Source of the DNA: Antedon mediterranea
Taxonomy: Eukaryota; Animalia; Echinodermata
Length of the DNA: 64,000 nucleotides
NCBI RefSeq assembly: GCF_964355755.1
Contig: NC_092678.1
Location: 13,204,352-13,268,351, forward strand
Direction of reading: 5' to 3'
In this document: positions 62,189 through 64,000 of the stretch, piece after piece
How positions within the stretch are numbered: the first letter of the stretch is position 1
How the letters are laid out: each line of letters starts with the position of its first letter
Position numbers and translations under genes: made by a program
The notes under the pieces: generated by a model
Told to the model about the DNA's origin: nothing
What the model saw: only the letters and a program-made list of their open reading frames with translations
The model's database searches: none

Positions 62189-62363
62189 TTCTCTCTCTAT
62201 AAGTACACAGACGTTAATGGAATTGATTTTTAGGTTTTGATATACAATCATTCGTTTACGTAATTATCTTTATAGTAAAATAAATAAATAAATAAATTAA
62301 ATAATAACATCTCTAAACAAAGAAAGACCTTCATTAATTAAGAATAATTTAATTATTATGAAA

Positions 62364-62702
62364 CCAGGAAAAGAACGACCTTCATTAGAAACACCTGGTG
62401 GAAATTACATAACTAATACAATAACAGGAAAAGAACGACCTTCATTAGAAACACCTGGCGGAAATTACATAACTAATACGATAACAGGAAAAGAACGACC
62501 TTCATTAGAAACACCTGGCGGAAGTTACATAACTATTACAATAACAGGAAAAGAACGACCTTCATTAGAAACACCTGGCGGAAATTACATAACTATACGT
62601 AATCAGGAAAAGAACGACCTTCATTAGAAACACCTGGCGGAAATTACGTAATCAGGAAATACACCAAGGTCATTTTCTGTCTGAAGTCTCACTTTTACTA
62701 CT
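62364..62702 (-). repeat. Right TIR with internal 60-bp tandem repeats
   Basis: Reverse complement of the left end, with 5 copies of the core CCTTCATTAGAAACACCTGG. Confidence 0.92.
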
Positions 62703-64000
62703 TAGGATAGAATATCTTCTACAAGCCTTACATTTTCACCTCCAAATCTTTTATTGATATAACCTTTTTGGTCATCATTGACTATGGTGAATATCACTTT
62801 TTGAATTCTACATGAGAGAACGTGTGTCATAATTTTATAGTCCACATTTAGTTATGTGATTGGTCTCCAGATTTCAAGTTTTTCTCGTTGTCCGTTTTTG
62901 AATATTAAATGTATTATTCCCGTTCTTTGGGTGCTAGTTAATTCATTGTTGTTATAACAATAATTTAATGCGTCGCATAGGCAATATTTAATGTCTTCCC
63001 AAAAACGGCGGTAGAATTCAACAGTTAAGCCATCAGGGCATGGGCTTTTATTGAGGCGCATGCTGAAAATAGCTGCTGTGAGTTCTTCAATTGTCAGAAG
63101 TCCTTCACACATAAGACTGTTTTCATCAGAAAGTTTATTTACTTTTACTTTTTCAAGTATTCATCCGCATTGTGTTCGGGACAATTTGTGTTTGCATACA
63201 GGTTTTTATAGTAATTTTTTTGTTCTATTAGGATTTCTTCACTATCTGTTATACGTTTACCATTATATTTAATAATAGATGTTATATGCTTACGTTTCGC
63301 ATTGTTTTTTTTTAGCCCTATAAAGAATTTACTATTTTTTTCTCCTTGTTCAAACCATTGTACTCTAGAACTAATTTTTGCGCCTTGAGCTTCAATTAAG
63401 TAAATGTTATCTAGGTCGTTTGTTTTTTTGTTTTAATTGTTTGTCTACATTCTCGCTATAGCAAATGTCTAAACAGTTAGTGAGGTCATTGGCTTCTTTT
63501 GTTAACATTTTTTTTGTTTGTGTTTCTTTCTTTTTTTTCCTTGCACAGTATTTCATTGTAAATTCCTTTATTTTCACTTTAAGGTACTCCCATAGCAAGT
63601 CCGGGCTAAGATTTTGATAATTTTGTTTTGTATTTTCTATTATTATGTTTATATTTAAAGCGTAAACTTTATCGTGGAGAACACTATTGTTTATTTTCCA
63701 CATACCTGTCCCTCTCTTTGGTTGATCATCTAATAATTTAATAGAGATTGCTTGTTGATCAGAGAAAATTGAAGGTCTTATATCAGTAGACAGTACGTCC
63801 CCATTTCTAAAAAATGGATTTTGATACACACCAAAAGTCTAGTCTTCTGTATGTGTTTTTACGTCTCCACGTAAACTAAGTTTTAATGTTATGAACTTGC
63901 CTCCATACGTCTATTAATTTGTGTTTATTCATACACTTTTTTAACGTCATTGGAGAATTATCATACCTATGGACACTGTTTCTTTGATCTAATTTTCTTT
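62703..64000 (-). mobile_element. Tx1/L1-clade LINE, 5' part (end of endonuclease and start of RT), continues beyond the window
   Basis: GMWKINNSVL, WEYLKVKIKE, KSPCPDGLTVEFY and WRPIT motifs. Removing the Polinton and one TSD restores GENVRLVEDILSYTENNNKAGAIIFLDFAKAFD. Confidence 0.9.

Larger units (their letters stand above)
45729..62702. mobile_element. Full-length Polinton/Maverick (adintovirus-like endogenous dsDNA virus), 16,974 bp
   Basis: Termini AGTAGTAAAAGT...ACTTTTACTACT, 6-bp TSD TAGGAT (45723-45728 and 62703-62708), long TIRs and the full core gene set. Confidence 0.97.

Noticed and set aside
62358-62627. 89-aa repetitive ORF (GKERPSLETPGGNYIT)n
   Set aside because: It is a translation of the 60-bp TIR repeats.
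45729-62702. Bacterial prophage or contamination
   Set aside because: It has spliceosomal introns, an rve integrase, and a TSD within a eukaryotic LINE, so it is an integrated Polinton.

Overview
AT-rich metazoan (invertebrate-type) genomic DNA with three layers. (1) Positions 1-~35.5 kb hold the 5'-truncated, multi-exon + strand gene of a Roco-family protein. Its architecture is ankyrin repeats (one repeat per phase-0 exon), Roc GTPase, COR and tandem death-effector-like domains, followed by degenerate duplicated 3' exons. (2) Its introns and the downstream region carry many transposons: Helitrons, MITEs, 5S- and tRNA-derived SINEs, CR1/L2, Rex-Babar and Tx1/L1 LINEs, a possible Ngaro-like split-direct-repeat element, and an integrase/HECT relic. 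(3) A complete 16,974-bp Polinton/Maverick (adintovirus-like endogenous virus, 45729-62702) has AGTAGT termini and a TAGGAT target-site duplication, and sits inside the RT of a Tx1/L1 LINE. It encodes integrase, penton, major capsid, protease, ATPase, a spliced protein-primed polymerase, a tandem PC4 protein and an intron-containing Bcl-2-like gene with a second inverted copy. All calls were made by eye from motifs; no database searches were run.
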